Of a stretch of DNA of 32,000 bases, positions 8,480 through 16,032 are shown piece by piece (positions within the stretch are counted from its first letter, which is position 1; each line of letters starts with the position of its first letter). A program made the position numbers and the translations under genes. Below the pieces are notes generated by a model. The model saw only the letters and a program-made list of their open reading frames with translations. It made no database searches and was not told the origin of the DNA. Source of the stretch: Microcystis aeruginosa NIES-843 (GTDB lineage: Bacteria; Cyanobacteriota; Cyanobacteriia; Cyanobacteriales; Microcystaceae); contig NC_010296.1 in assembly GCF_000010625.1 (NCBI RefSeq), forward strand, positions 5,810,796 through 5,842,795. Reading direction: 5' to 3'.

Positions 8480-9763
8480 TTAAATTCTCGTAATCGGTAA
8501 ACGTAGCCAATCACTTAACTGTTGTGCCAACCAATCTAATTCCGCTTCGCTAACATCTTCACTGGCAGTGATAACATATTCTCGATGGTTGGCAACGAGA
8601 ACCAGAGAAGGAGGAATAATATTAACATTTTCTCCCTGCATAGTGACGGTGACATTGCGACGAATGAGACTATAAATTTCGCAACTAGCAGCATGGGCAG
8701 TTAGTTTAAATTTCAGCCCCCAGAGTTTTTGGTAGAGAGAAACTTTTTTGGGGGTAATTTTTAACTCTAGTTCCCCCTGCCAAAAAGATTTCCATAACTG
8801 CCAAGATAAACTAGAGGAGATTAAATTGAGCAGAAAAATTAGGATAATCGGGATTAAAAAAGCGACCAGTTTGAGATCATAAATACCGACTATGGTTAAG
8901 AGAATGATCGTAAAAAATAGGGATGGTAAAAACTGTCTTAACTGGGTTTTGAGATTGTTGAAAAACTTTTGTTTGGTTTTACTAGCGATTTTTATTTGCA
9001 GGAGATTATCTTTTTTATAAACAGTAACTTCGCTGCCGTAGGGTTTGGTCAGATTGCCAATAGATACTAAGATCAATTGACAACTATATAAGCTGGCTAA
9101 AGCTTCTGTCACCGAACGAAAATGAGGGTCTGGGGGGGAGTTTGATAATCTTTTTAACCAATAGATGAAAAAAGCACTTAGATTAGTTTTTTGCTCAAAG
9201 TTTTCGGGTATGTAACGATGCTTAATCCCCGTGGCTAAACTGATTAAAGTTTTGCCTATATCCTCTAAGTCGGTGGTGGGAGAATCGGAATCAAAGGCAA
9301 AATCAACTAGATAAAAACGATGGGACTGGGTATCAAAGAGGATATTACTAAGTTTAATATTGCCGTGGTTAATGGGGACATCCTGCTGATGGAGATAGGA
9401 GAGAATCTCCAAAAGATATTTGGCAATTTGTTTGAGATCTTGTTCTGCTAACAAATAACTGGAGTTAAGATAGTTTTCTAAAGGCTGCGCTGATAAATAA
9501 GGTCGGACAATAGCGATGATTTGTTCTTGGGATGAATCTATCTCAAAGCTATCGAGGTATTTGGGGAGAGATGGGTGGGAGAGTTGTCGCAATAGGGCAA
9601 TTTTACCGGTTATTTCTCCGATAAACTGACTACCTTGCCCACTAGGAACAGAAATAAGTTTAATGATAACTAACTGGGTGGTCTGTCTGTCCCTCGCTAA
9701 GATAGTTTTTTTTCCCAGCACCTGTTGGACTTGATAACGACTATGGAGAACTCGATCGAGCAT
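8480..9763 (-). CDS. Membrane-anchored Ser/Thr-kinase-like protein, predicted pseudokinase
   Basis: 427 aa. Hanks-type kinase fold is recognisable (VIIKL lysine, HGNIKLSNIL, LVDFAF). The glycine loop is missing (LGKKTILARD), the catalytic Asp is Asn (HGN for HGD/HRD) and DFG is DFA. Two hydrophobic helices (LPSLFFTIILLTIVGIY, LVAFLIPIILIFLLNLI) are followed by a ~110-aa C-terminal domain. Confidence 0.75.
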   Translation of the reverse strand: MLDRVLHSRYQVQQVLGKKTILARDRQTTQLVIIKLISVPSGQGSQFIGEITGKIALLRQLSHPSLPKYLDSFEIDSSQEQIIAIVRPYLSAQPLENYLNSSYLLAEQDLKQIAKYLLEILSYLHQQDVPINHGNIKLSNILFDTQSHRFYLVDFAFDSDSPTTDLEDIGKTLISLATGIKHRYIPENFEQKTNLSAFFIYWLKRLSNSPPDPHFRSVTEALASLYSCQLILVSIGNLTKPYGSEVTVYKKDNLLQIKIASKTKQKFFNNLKTQLRQFLPSLFFTIILLTIVGIYDLKLVAFLIPIILIFLLNLISSSLSWQLWKSFWQGELELKITPKKVSLYQKLWGLKFKLTAHAASCEIYSLIRRNVTVTMQGENVNIIPPSLVLVANHREYVITASEDVSEAELDWLAQQLSDWLRLPITRI

Positions 9764-9905
9764 GGGGGAGGATGGAGTAAGGAGTATTTCTAGGATAGCT
9801 CACTCTGGAAACTCTAGCCGCCATCTTTAGCATCCTTTTAATATTTTAACCCATATTCCCCACTTCAGTTTGAAGCATAAAAAACTACAGGTCTTTTCAA
9901 AAGAC

Positions 9906-11115
9906 CTCTTGCATAATTTTTTTATGGTATAATATAAGGTTTTGCTTTTTTCTCAATTCTTAGATTGAAGTGGAAAAAAGAATAAAATGTGATCTTAGGT
10001 CAGGAAATCATCTATAATTTTGCTATGTTTATTAGCAAAATTATGGATTATCAAAACTTATCAGATGAACAATTCAAACGCCGTTTCGGTGTGTATAAAC
10101 AAACCTATAGAAAGATGGTAGAATCAGTAAAAAGTGTTGAAGCCGACTCTAATTCACCATCTAAAAGGGGACCGAAACCTAAACTATCTATAGAAGAACA
10201 AGTTTTAGTAACGTTAGAATATTGGCGAGAATATAGAACATATTTTCACATTGGTACAAGCTGGGAACTATCAGAATCAACTATATGTCGGATTGTAAAT
10301 AAGACGGAAAAAATGCTTTTACAATCGGGAAACTTCCGTTTAAAAGGAAAAAAAGCTTTACTCAATCAAGCAGAGATACCGGTCATAACGGTAATGGATG
10401 TAACGGAAACTCCCATTGAACGCCCCCAAAAGAAACAGAAAGATTTTTTGGGGGGTAAAAGAGGTTATCATACTTTAAAATCCCAATTAGTAGCTGATCA
10501 AAATACCGAGGAAATTATCTGTGTCTTTTGTGGGAAAGGTAGAGGTCATGATTTTAGTTTATTTAAAAAAAGTCGAGTTCGTTTTCATCCTTTAACTACC
10601 AGCATAGAAGACAGTGGTTATCAGGGAATAGCTGCATACCATAGTAATAGTTATACACCGAAAAAGAAATCGAAAAATAGAAAATTAACAGAGTTAGAAA
10701 AAGAGTATAACAAGGCTTTAGCCAAAGAAAGGATTATCATTGAACATATAAATAGGAAACTCAAAATCTTTAAAATCTTATCCTGTAAATATCGGAATCG
10801 TCGTCGAAGATATAGTTTAAGAGTTAACTTGTTGGCGGCTATTTATAACGGTGAGTTAGGGATAGGTATAGCAGCTTCTTAAAAGTTGCCTAAAGATTAA
10901 TCAAGTCAAGGAGAATTTATTCTCAATTTTTATAATTGAGATAGTTTGTGCCGCTTAAATAAAGAGGTTTTGATAACCAAATTAAAGCATATCTAAAGAG
11001 TTTTGAGTTAAAAGTTAAACTTCAAGTTTTCATTCAGGACGAATGTACTGGTTAACTAATTTTTTGGGGAAAATTAGTTAACCCATCATTATAACATATA
11101 ATTAATTTGCAAGAG
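9906..11115 (+). mobile_element. IS5/Harbinger-type (DDE_Tnp_4-like) insertion sequence, ~1.2 kb
   Basis: Imperfect ~28-bp terminal inverted repeats. The left one starts CTCTTGCATAATTTTTTTATGGTATAAT at 9906. The right one ends ...ATTATAACATATAATTAATTTGCAAGAG at 11115. The outer 8 nt are identical and about 21 of 28 match by eye. A perfect 14-bp hairpin lies near the right end (11050-11063 / 11070-11083). Family call is tentative. Confidence 0.65.
10043..10882 (+). CDS. DDE transposase (IS5/Harbinger-like)
   Basis: HTH-like N-terminus, then DDE triad context VMDVTETPIERP, RGHDFSLFKKS, DSGYQGI and ERIIIEHINRKLKIFKIL. ATG 10043 (MDYQNLSDEQF) is preferred to the ORF-track GTG at 9989. Confidence 0.85.
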   Translation: MDYQNLSDEQFKRRFGVYKQTYRKMVESVKSVEADSNSPSKRGPKPKLSIEEQVLVTLEYWREYRTYFHIGTSWELSESTICRIVNKTEKMLLQSGNFRLKGKKALLNQAEIPVITVMDVTETPIERPQKKQKDFLGGKRGYHTLKSQLVADQNTEEIICVFCGKGRGHDFSLFKKSRVRFHPLTTSIEDSGYQGIAAYHSNSYTPKKKSKNRKLTELEKEYNKALAKERIIIEHINRKLKIFKILSCKYRNRRRRYSLRVNLLAAIYNGELGIGIAAS

Positions 11116-11205
11116 TTCTAATAATGGTCAAGAGGGAAAATTTCAAAAACTTTGGCCGAAATAATCCCGTTTATAGTTAAGTACCTAAGCAAAATTAATT
11201 ACACA

Positions 11206-11453
11206 TTAGGATTAGTTGGAAACTAAAAAAATAAGGCTAATTTATTAATTAGCCTTACTCTTATTCCTTACCTATTAGGTCAAATAGGATTAGTTGGAAA
11301 CATAAAGTTTTGAGCGGTGCGCTCAGACCAGTCAAATTCCCTTACCTATTAGGTCAAATAGGATTAGTTGGAAACTGAGTTAACTGATACTTCTTAATCG
11401 AAGCTTGTCCACCGAGACCTTACCTATTAGGTCAAATAGGATTAGTTGGAAAG
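11206..11453 (+). CRISPR. Orphan CRISPR mini-array: three 36-nt repeats, two spacers, plus a detached 3' half-repeat
   Basis: Repeat CCTTACCTATTAGGTCAAATAGGATTAGTTGGAAAC at 11266-11301 and 11340-11375, and at 11418-11453 with last base G. Spacers are 38 nt (11302-11339) and 42 nt (11376-11417). Internal 6-bp palindrome CCTATT/AATAGG and a GAAAC 3' end suggest + strand transcription. An 18-nt repeat 3' half (ttaggattagttggaaac) lies at 11206-11223. No cas gene in the window. Confidence 0.75.
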
Positions 11454-11456
11454 CAG

Positions 11457-11485
11457 AAAAAGGGTTTCTTTTAGAAACCCTTTTT
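11457..11485. terminator. Bidirectional intrinsic terminator
   Basis: aaaaa GGGTTTC ttt(t)a GAAACCC ttttt: 7-bp G/C-containing stem flanked by an A-run and a T-run. Located directly after the last CRISPR repeat and downstream of the minus-strand transglutaminase-like gene. Confidence 0.7.
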
Positions 11486-11573
11486 CTAATAAATTGTGTC
11501 AAATATATCTTGACAAAAATCGATAAAAATGCTAAAACCTAACGGGAATATTCGCTTTAAATTACGAACACCT

Positions 11574-11639
11574 TAGCAGTTATCCTAATAGTGAAGTAGT
11601 AAGTTTTCCTTTGGGGGAGTCAGAAACCGATCGCCGGTC
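11574..11639 (+). repeat. Interspersed ~50-70-nt intergenic element, copy A
   Basis: tagcagttatcctaatagtgaagtagtaagtttt...gggggag...gccggtc. Shares the core TAGCAGyTATCyTmATrGTGArGTAsKAAGT and a downstream GCCGGTC with the copies at 14840 and 20283. Confidence 0.6.
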
Positions 11640-11661
11640 AAGGAAAAACCCGAAATTCAAC

Positions 11662-12570
11662 CTATTCCCTCGGATCAAAATCTGGCAGCGTCCCCAGCTT
11701 GCGAATGGTCACTTTAACATCCATAGATAAATAGTCATCGGCATCACCAAACCAAGAACCAGAAAGAGGTATGATTTGACCGGGATGACGAGCGATCGCC
11801 ACTCGAATTAAATCAAAGCCGGCGGTAATTTGATTAGTCGGATCATAATTACGCCAACCGGCCCCCGGTAGATAAACCTGTAACCAAGCATGGGTAGCAC
11901 CAGAGCCAGTCATCCCCACTTCACCACCGTCGAGGGCAGCATCGTAGAGATAGCCACTGACAAAACGACAGGCTAAACCCAATCTTCGCAAAGCTTCGAT
12001 CATCAACCAAGCATAATCGCGACAAGTTCCCGACTTTAGCCGCAGGGTTTCTCCGGGGGATTGAGTTCCTTCACTCTCCCGGGATTGGTAGGTAAAATTA
12101 TCTTTGATAGCCGCCATCATTCTTGCCATGACATCGAGGGTATCATCTTGATCCCCCGCTACAAAACTTTTGGCCCAAGCTGCCAAGCTGCCGTCGGCAT
12201 CCTCAGCGTGGGGACGCATAAACACCACCAGGTCTAACCATTCATCGGGGGTGTACTGGATGGGAATTTCGATCGCCCGTTGATCGAGGGGAAAATCAGC
12301 GATCGCTTTTAAGCCAAAATGTTCCGCCCGTAATCGACAGGTAACGATTAATTCTGACGCTGCTTGAGCGAATTCAATCCCTACCACGTTGTTAGATAGA
12401 GTATCCATAGTCCAGCGCGTTTTGGCGGCAATATTCGCCTCTACAGAATAACTGATAATTCTTTCACCGTGACCGGCGCTGGGCAAAAAAATCGCCCGAT
12501 GTTCCCCAAAAGTTACCAGTTTACGATAATGATAGCTGGTGATGTGTTCCAAGTCGTAGATGACACTCAT
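11662..12570 (-). CDS. Transglutaminase-family protein (Bact_transglu_N + transglutaminase core)
   Basis: 302 aa. Catalytic Cys context LKSGTCRDYAWLMIEALR, His in GATHAWLQVYLPGAGW and Asp in YDPTN are typical of bacterial transglutaminase-like cysteine proteases. Confidence 0.85.
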   Translation of the reverse strand: MSVIYDLEHITSYHYRKLVTFGEHRAIFLPSAGHGERIISYSVEANIAAKTRWTMDTLSNNVVGIEFAQAASELIVTCRLRAEHFGLKAIADFPLDQRAIEIPIQYTPDEWLDLVVFMRPHAEDADGSLAAWAKSFVAGDQDDTLDVMARMMAAIKDNFTYQSRESEGTQSPGETLRLKSGTCRDYAWLMIEALRRLGLACRFVSGYLYDAALDGGEVGMTGSGATHAWLQVYLPGAGWRNYDPTNQITAGFDLIRVAIARHPGQIIPLSGSWFGDADDYLSMDVKVTIRKLGTLPDFDPRE

Positions 12571-12612
12571 CCTGATTATCCTTAATAAAGTAGCTGGTTA
12601 TAATTGAAGATA

Positions 12613-12724
12613 AATCCCCCCTTGATCCCCCCTTAATCCCCCCTTGATAAGGGGGGTATCTGACAATTTTTAACACCCACCCACTTAATCACTGACAACT
12701 GATAACCGATAACTGATAACTGAA
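12613..12724. repeat. Composite low-complexity block: (TCCCCCCTTRA)x3 + GGGGGG hairpin partner, then CTGATAAC-type repeats
   Basis: aaatccccccttgatccccccttaatccccccttgataagggggg ... cactgacaactgataaccgataactgataactga. One hairpin arm is tandemly repeated and the other is single. Confidence 0.7.
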
Positions 12725-14161
12725 ATGACCTCTGACCCGTTCCTCGATCGAGCTTGGAATACCGAAGACCTAGAACAAGCGCTTCGAGGTGTCGGCACTA
12801 TTCAAGAAGAACTCAACTATAATCAGGCACGCAATTCTCTGAGCAAACTTGTCGATCGTCTGGATCTTACCTCGATCGAGAAAATTGGTCTAGAAGCGGA
12901 GATTGATCGCCTAGTGGCCCTGCTAGAAAAACTCGATCGATCCCTGATTCAAATTGCCGCTTTTGGCCTGGTGGGCCGGGGAAAATCCTCGATTTTAAAT
13001 GCTCTGGTCGGTCAAGAAATCTTTACAACCGGTCCTCTACACGGAGTTACCCGCACCATTAAAGGGGTAAATTGGCAGTTAAGCAGCGATGATACTTTCC
13101 CTCATCTAGCGCGTCTGACCCTGAACGGCCAGGGTAATGCTCAGGTGCAATTGCTTGATACTCCCGGTATTGATGAGGTAGATGGGCAAACGAGGGAAAT
13201 TCTCGCCTGTCAGGTGGCGCAGCAGGTGGATTTAATCCTTTTTATCATCTCTGGTGATATGACCAAAGTGGAATTTTCCGCCTTGGCCAAGTTACGCGAA
13301 GCAGGAAAACCGATGATTTTGGTCTTTAATAAAATCGATCAGTATCCGGAAGTCGATCGCCTCGCTATCTATGAAAAAATCGCCTCAGAACGGGTGAAAG
13401 AATTACTCTCCCCCGATGAGATTGTTATGGTGGCGGCCTCTCCCCTCCTGGCGGAGACGGTTAAAGGGCAGGATGGTCGGCTAAAAATGCAACGATTTTG
13501 CGGAAAACCACAGATAGAAGCCCTGAAACTCAAAATTTTGGAAATTCTAGAGCGAGAGGGTAAATCGCTGGTAGCACTCAATTCTATGCTGTATGCGGAC
13601 GAGGTAAACGAGCAAATTGTCGCCCGCAAAATGGCTATCCGTGATCGCGGGGCTAATCAATTGATTCAAAAAGCAGTGATGATCAAAGCATCGGCGATCG
13701 CTCTGAATCCGGTGACGGTGTTGGATCTGTTTACGGGGGCAGTTATCGATCTAGCCATGATTCTCGCTCTTTCTCGCTTATACGGCATCGATTTAACTCG
13801 TCAGGGGGCGATCGCTCTTTTACAAAAAATTGCCCTCAATATGGGTGGCATTAGTGCCAGCGAATTTTTAGCGGTTTTGGGTTTAAGTTCCCTAAAAGGA
13901 TTACTCGGTCTCTCGATTCCTGCCACTGGCGGCATTTCTCTCCTTCCCTATACTTCGATCGCCCTGACTCAAGCGGGGGTTGCCGGTGTATCCTGTTACG
14001 CGATCGGCCAAGTGACGAAAACCTATCTCGCTAATGGGGCCACCTGGGGACCCGATGGCCCGAAGGCAGTGGTGGCCAGCATTCTCGATTCCCTCGATGA
14101 AACCTCGATTCTCAACCGGATTAAGCGGGAATTAGGCTCAAAATTGGGGGTTGGGGGTTAG
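12725..14161 (+). CDS. GTP-binding protein with C-terminal DUF697-like membrane domain
   Basis: 478 aa. G1 GLVGRGKSS, G3 DTPGIDE, G4 NKID. The C-terminal ~170 aa are hydrophobic and Gly/Ala-rich, like the YcjF/DUF697 family. Confidence 0.8.
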   Translation: MTSDPFLDRAWNTEDLEQALRGVGTIQEELNYNQARNSLSKLVDRLDLTSIEKIGLEAEIDRLVALLEKLDRSLIQIAAFGLVGRGKSSILNALVGQEIFTTGPLHGVTRTIKGVNWQLSSDDTFPHLARLTLNGQGNAQVQLLDTPGIDEVDGQTREILACQVAQQVDLILFIISGDMTKVEFSALAKLREAGKPMILVFNKIDQYPEVDRLAIYEKIASERVKELLSPDEIVMVAASPLLAETVKGQDGRLKMQRFCGKPQIEALKLKILEILEREGKSLVALNSMLYADEVNEQIVARKMAIRDRGANQLIQKAVMIKASAIALNPVTVLDLFTGAVIDLAMILALSRLYGIDLTRQGAIALLQKIALNMGGISASEFLAVLGLSSLKGLLGLSIPATGGISLLPYTSIALTQAGVAGVSCYAIGQVTKTYLANGATWGPDGPKAVVASILDSLDETSILNRIKRELGSKLGVGG

Positions 14162-14303
14162 GGGAAGTGGGGAAGTGGGGAAGCGGGGAAATTGAACTAA
14201 AACCCCAAAACCCCAAAACCCCAACCTCCAACACCTAAAACCTGTCTCCTATCTCCTGACTCCTAACTCCTAACTCCTAACGGTTGATCACTGATCACTG
14301 ACT
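14161..14303. repeat. Composite intergenic microsatellite block (GGGGAAGT)n-(AAAACCCC)n-(CTCCTAA)n-(TGATCAC)n
   Basis: ggggaagtggggaagtggggaagcgggg aaattgaacta aaaccccaaaaccccaaaacccc ... tctcctatctcctgactcctaactcctaactcctaa cggttgatcactgatcactga. Four GGGG runs at 14161-14188. Confidence 0.85.
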
Positions 14304-14306
14304 CGA

Positions 14307-14603
14307 TCAATCCAAGAAATGCTTACTATGGACGATCGCCGCTATAATAACTACTGCTCCTTGAATTTGATAGATCAGACGGTAGGCATAGGCAGACTTT
14401 TCTCGGATGGTATCATCACTAAATTCGGCGCATTTTTTCGCTTCTAGGGGACAATTTTCTAAAGAATAGCTTATATCAAGAATTCGACGCACGACGGCCG
14501 CCGCGTAGGACGGGGAATCTCGACTAATATAAGATGCGATCGCATCCACGTCTTCAATTGCTTTGGGCGACCAGACAAGGCGATAATTCACTCGATCAGC
14601 CAT
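14307..14603 (-). CDS. RelE/ParE-family type II toxin
   Basis: 98 aa. YRLVWSPKAIEDVDAIASYI...YRLIYQIQGAVVIIAAIVHSK matches the ParE/RelE plasmid-stabilisation-toxin pattern. Overlaps the upstream small ORF by 16 nt. Confidence 0.8.
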   Translation of the reverse strand: MADRVNYRLVWSPKAIEDVDAIASYISRDSPSYAAAVVRRILDISYSLENCPLEAKKCAEFSDDTIREKSAYAYRLIYQIQGAVVIIAAIVHSKHFLD

Positions 14604-14776
14604 TTGTTTAAAAGACCCTCAACTTCTTCTTGGGGGATTGTATTCTCCAGAGAGGCAGCGTTCAAACTTTGACGCACCTTCTCCAGAACGTATAAATGAT
14701 ACTGAATATCTTCAATTGAACAATCATCTGGTAATTGATTCAAGAGGGATTCCACTTTTTGTCTAATGCTATTCAT
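14588..14776 (-). CDS. Putative antitoxin partner of the RelE/ParE-like toxin
   Basis: 62-aa ORF immediately upstream of, and overlapping, the toxin gene. No family recognised by eye. Confidence 0.55.
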   Translation of the reverse strand: MNSIRQKVESLLNQLPDDCSIEDIQYHLYVLEKVRQSLNAASLENTIPQEEVEGLLNKWLIE

Positions 14777-14839
14777 ACAAGTTTGACCGAAGTTTTTAAG
14801 GAAAAGTATAAATTTAAATTATCTATCAACTATAATCTA

Positions 14840-14912
14840 TAGCAGTTATCTTAATAGTGAGGTACGAAGTATCTGGTTTTAGGGAACAGGGAACGGTTAA
14901 CAGTAGCCGGTC
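14840..14912 (+). repeat. Interspersed intergenic element, copy B
   Basis: tagcagttatcttaatagtgaggtacgaagtatctggttttagggaac...gccggtc. See copies A and C. Confidence 0.6.
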
Positions 14913-15249
14913 GCCAAGAGATAATGCCAAATTTCTTTATACTTCATCTTTAAGAGAAACGCTATATCATAGATAGAAAACTAATAGTCACGCATCCTAT
15001 CTTATGCCATAGTCCCCAGAAAAGCGAGAAAAAGTTAAGAATAGATAAGGTGATTATCTCGCTTTTGTAACATTGGGGCGGGTATTCTGTTAAGAATACT
15101 TAATAATTCTCCTATCTGCTCAATCCCCGCAACTTTTAGGGATTATTGACCAATAACCATCTAGCGGCCACAAGACCCCCCCAATCACAGAAATTTTTTG
15201 TTACATTAGTTTACAGTTCCCTCAACGCCCCAGTGGGTTATTAATTTTA

Positions 15250-15942
15250 ATGTCTTCTTCGGTTCCTTCGTCGGATTTTATACCCTTAATCGGTCAAGAA
15301 ACAGAAATCTTTAACTGGGCAAAATCCCATTATCGTAACCATACCTTTGCCAAAGATGAAAAAGTAGCCACGCGCCCCGGGCTATTATACTTTGTGGAAT
15401 CTGGGGCGATTCGTATTGTTGGTAAGGCACAAGTTAACGTTATTGACCAAAAATCCTCCCGTCAACTACCTATGGCCGATAGTGAGGAAGTATTTCTCGG
15501 TTTTGTGGGTGCAGGTCAACCTTTTGAGATTGTTTCTCAATTTCCCTTTCAATTACAAGCCCAAGCTCATCTAGACGGAACCGAGTTAGTCTGGTTATAC
15601 TGGGAAGATATAGAAAAATGGCCGCAATTGCGAGCGGCTGTTATGGAAACTTTTCGCCATCAATACCAGCGTAAGTTATTTTGGTTGAGTATTCTCGGTC
15701 AAAAACGCTCCCTCGATCGATTAATGGGGTTCTTGGTTCTATTATTGGAAGAATACGGTCAACCCTGTGTGGAAGGCTATTATCTCCCCTATCCCCTAAC
15801 TCACGCTCAAATTGCCAGCGCCATCGGCACTACCAGAGTAACAGTAACAAGATTAATCGGTAAATTGCGACAACAAAATTCGATCTTTTTTAAGCAGGAT
15901 AATCTTATCGGATTGCCCAGTTTATTTTTGAGTCAGAATTAA
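15250..15942 (+). CDS. Crp/Fnr-family transcriptional regulator
   Basis: 230 aa. N-terminal cNMP-binding-like beta-barrel and C-terminal HTH LTHAQIASAIGTTRVTVTRLIGKLRQ, typical of the Crp/Fnr/NtcA family. Confidence 0.85.
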   Translation: MSSSVPSSDFIPLIGQETEIFNWAKSHYRNHTFAKDEKVATRPGLLYFVESGAIRIVGKAQVNVIDQKSSRQLPMADSEEVFLGFVGAGQPFEIVSQFPFQLQAQAHLDGTELVWLYWEDIEKWPQLRAAVMETFRHQYQRKLFWLSILGQKRSLDRLMGFLVLLLEEYGQPCVEGYYLPYPLTHAQIASAIGTTRVTVTRLIGKLRQQNSIFFKQDNLIGLPSLFLSQN

Positions 15943-16032
15943 TTTTTCTGCTGCTGGTGTTGCTGACTCAAGGTATTGTAAAGTTTCAATACAAATATAG
16001 TCAGATATAGTCAAGCATGGTAATATATAGAT

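Noticed and set aside
14190-14225. Telomere-like AAAACCCC / AAACCCTA repeats (also at 31866-31895)
   Set aside because: They are short (3 units), internal, and embedded in the composite microsatellite modules of a bacterial chromosome, so they are not telomeres. They are reported only as part of the repeat-module finding.
15060-15249. NtcA/Crp-type binding site (GTA-N8-TAC) upstream of the Crp-family gene
   Set aside because: The candidates (gttacattagtttac, gttaagaatac) have the wrong spacing (9 or 5 nt instead of 8), so no convincing site could be supported.
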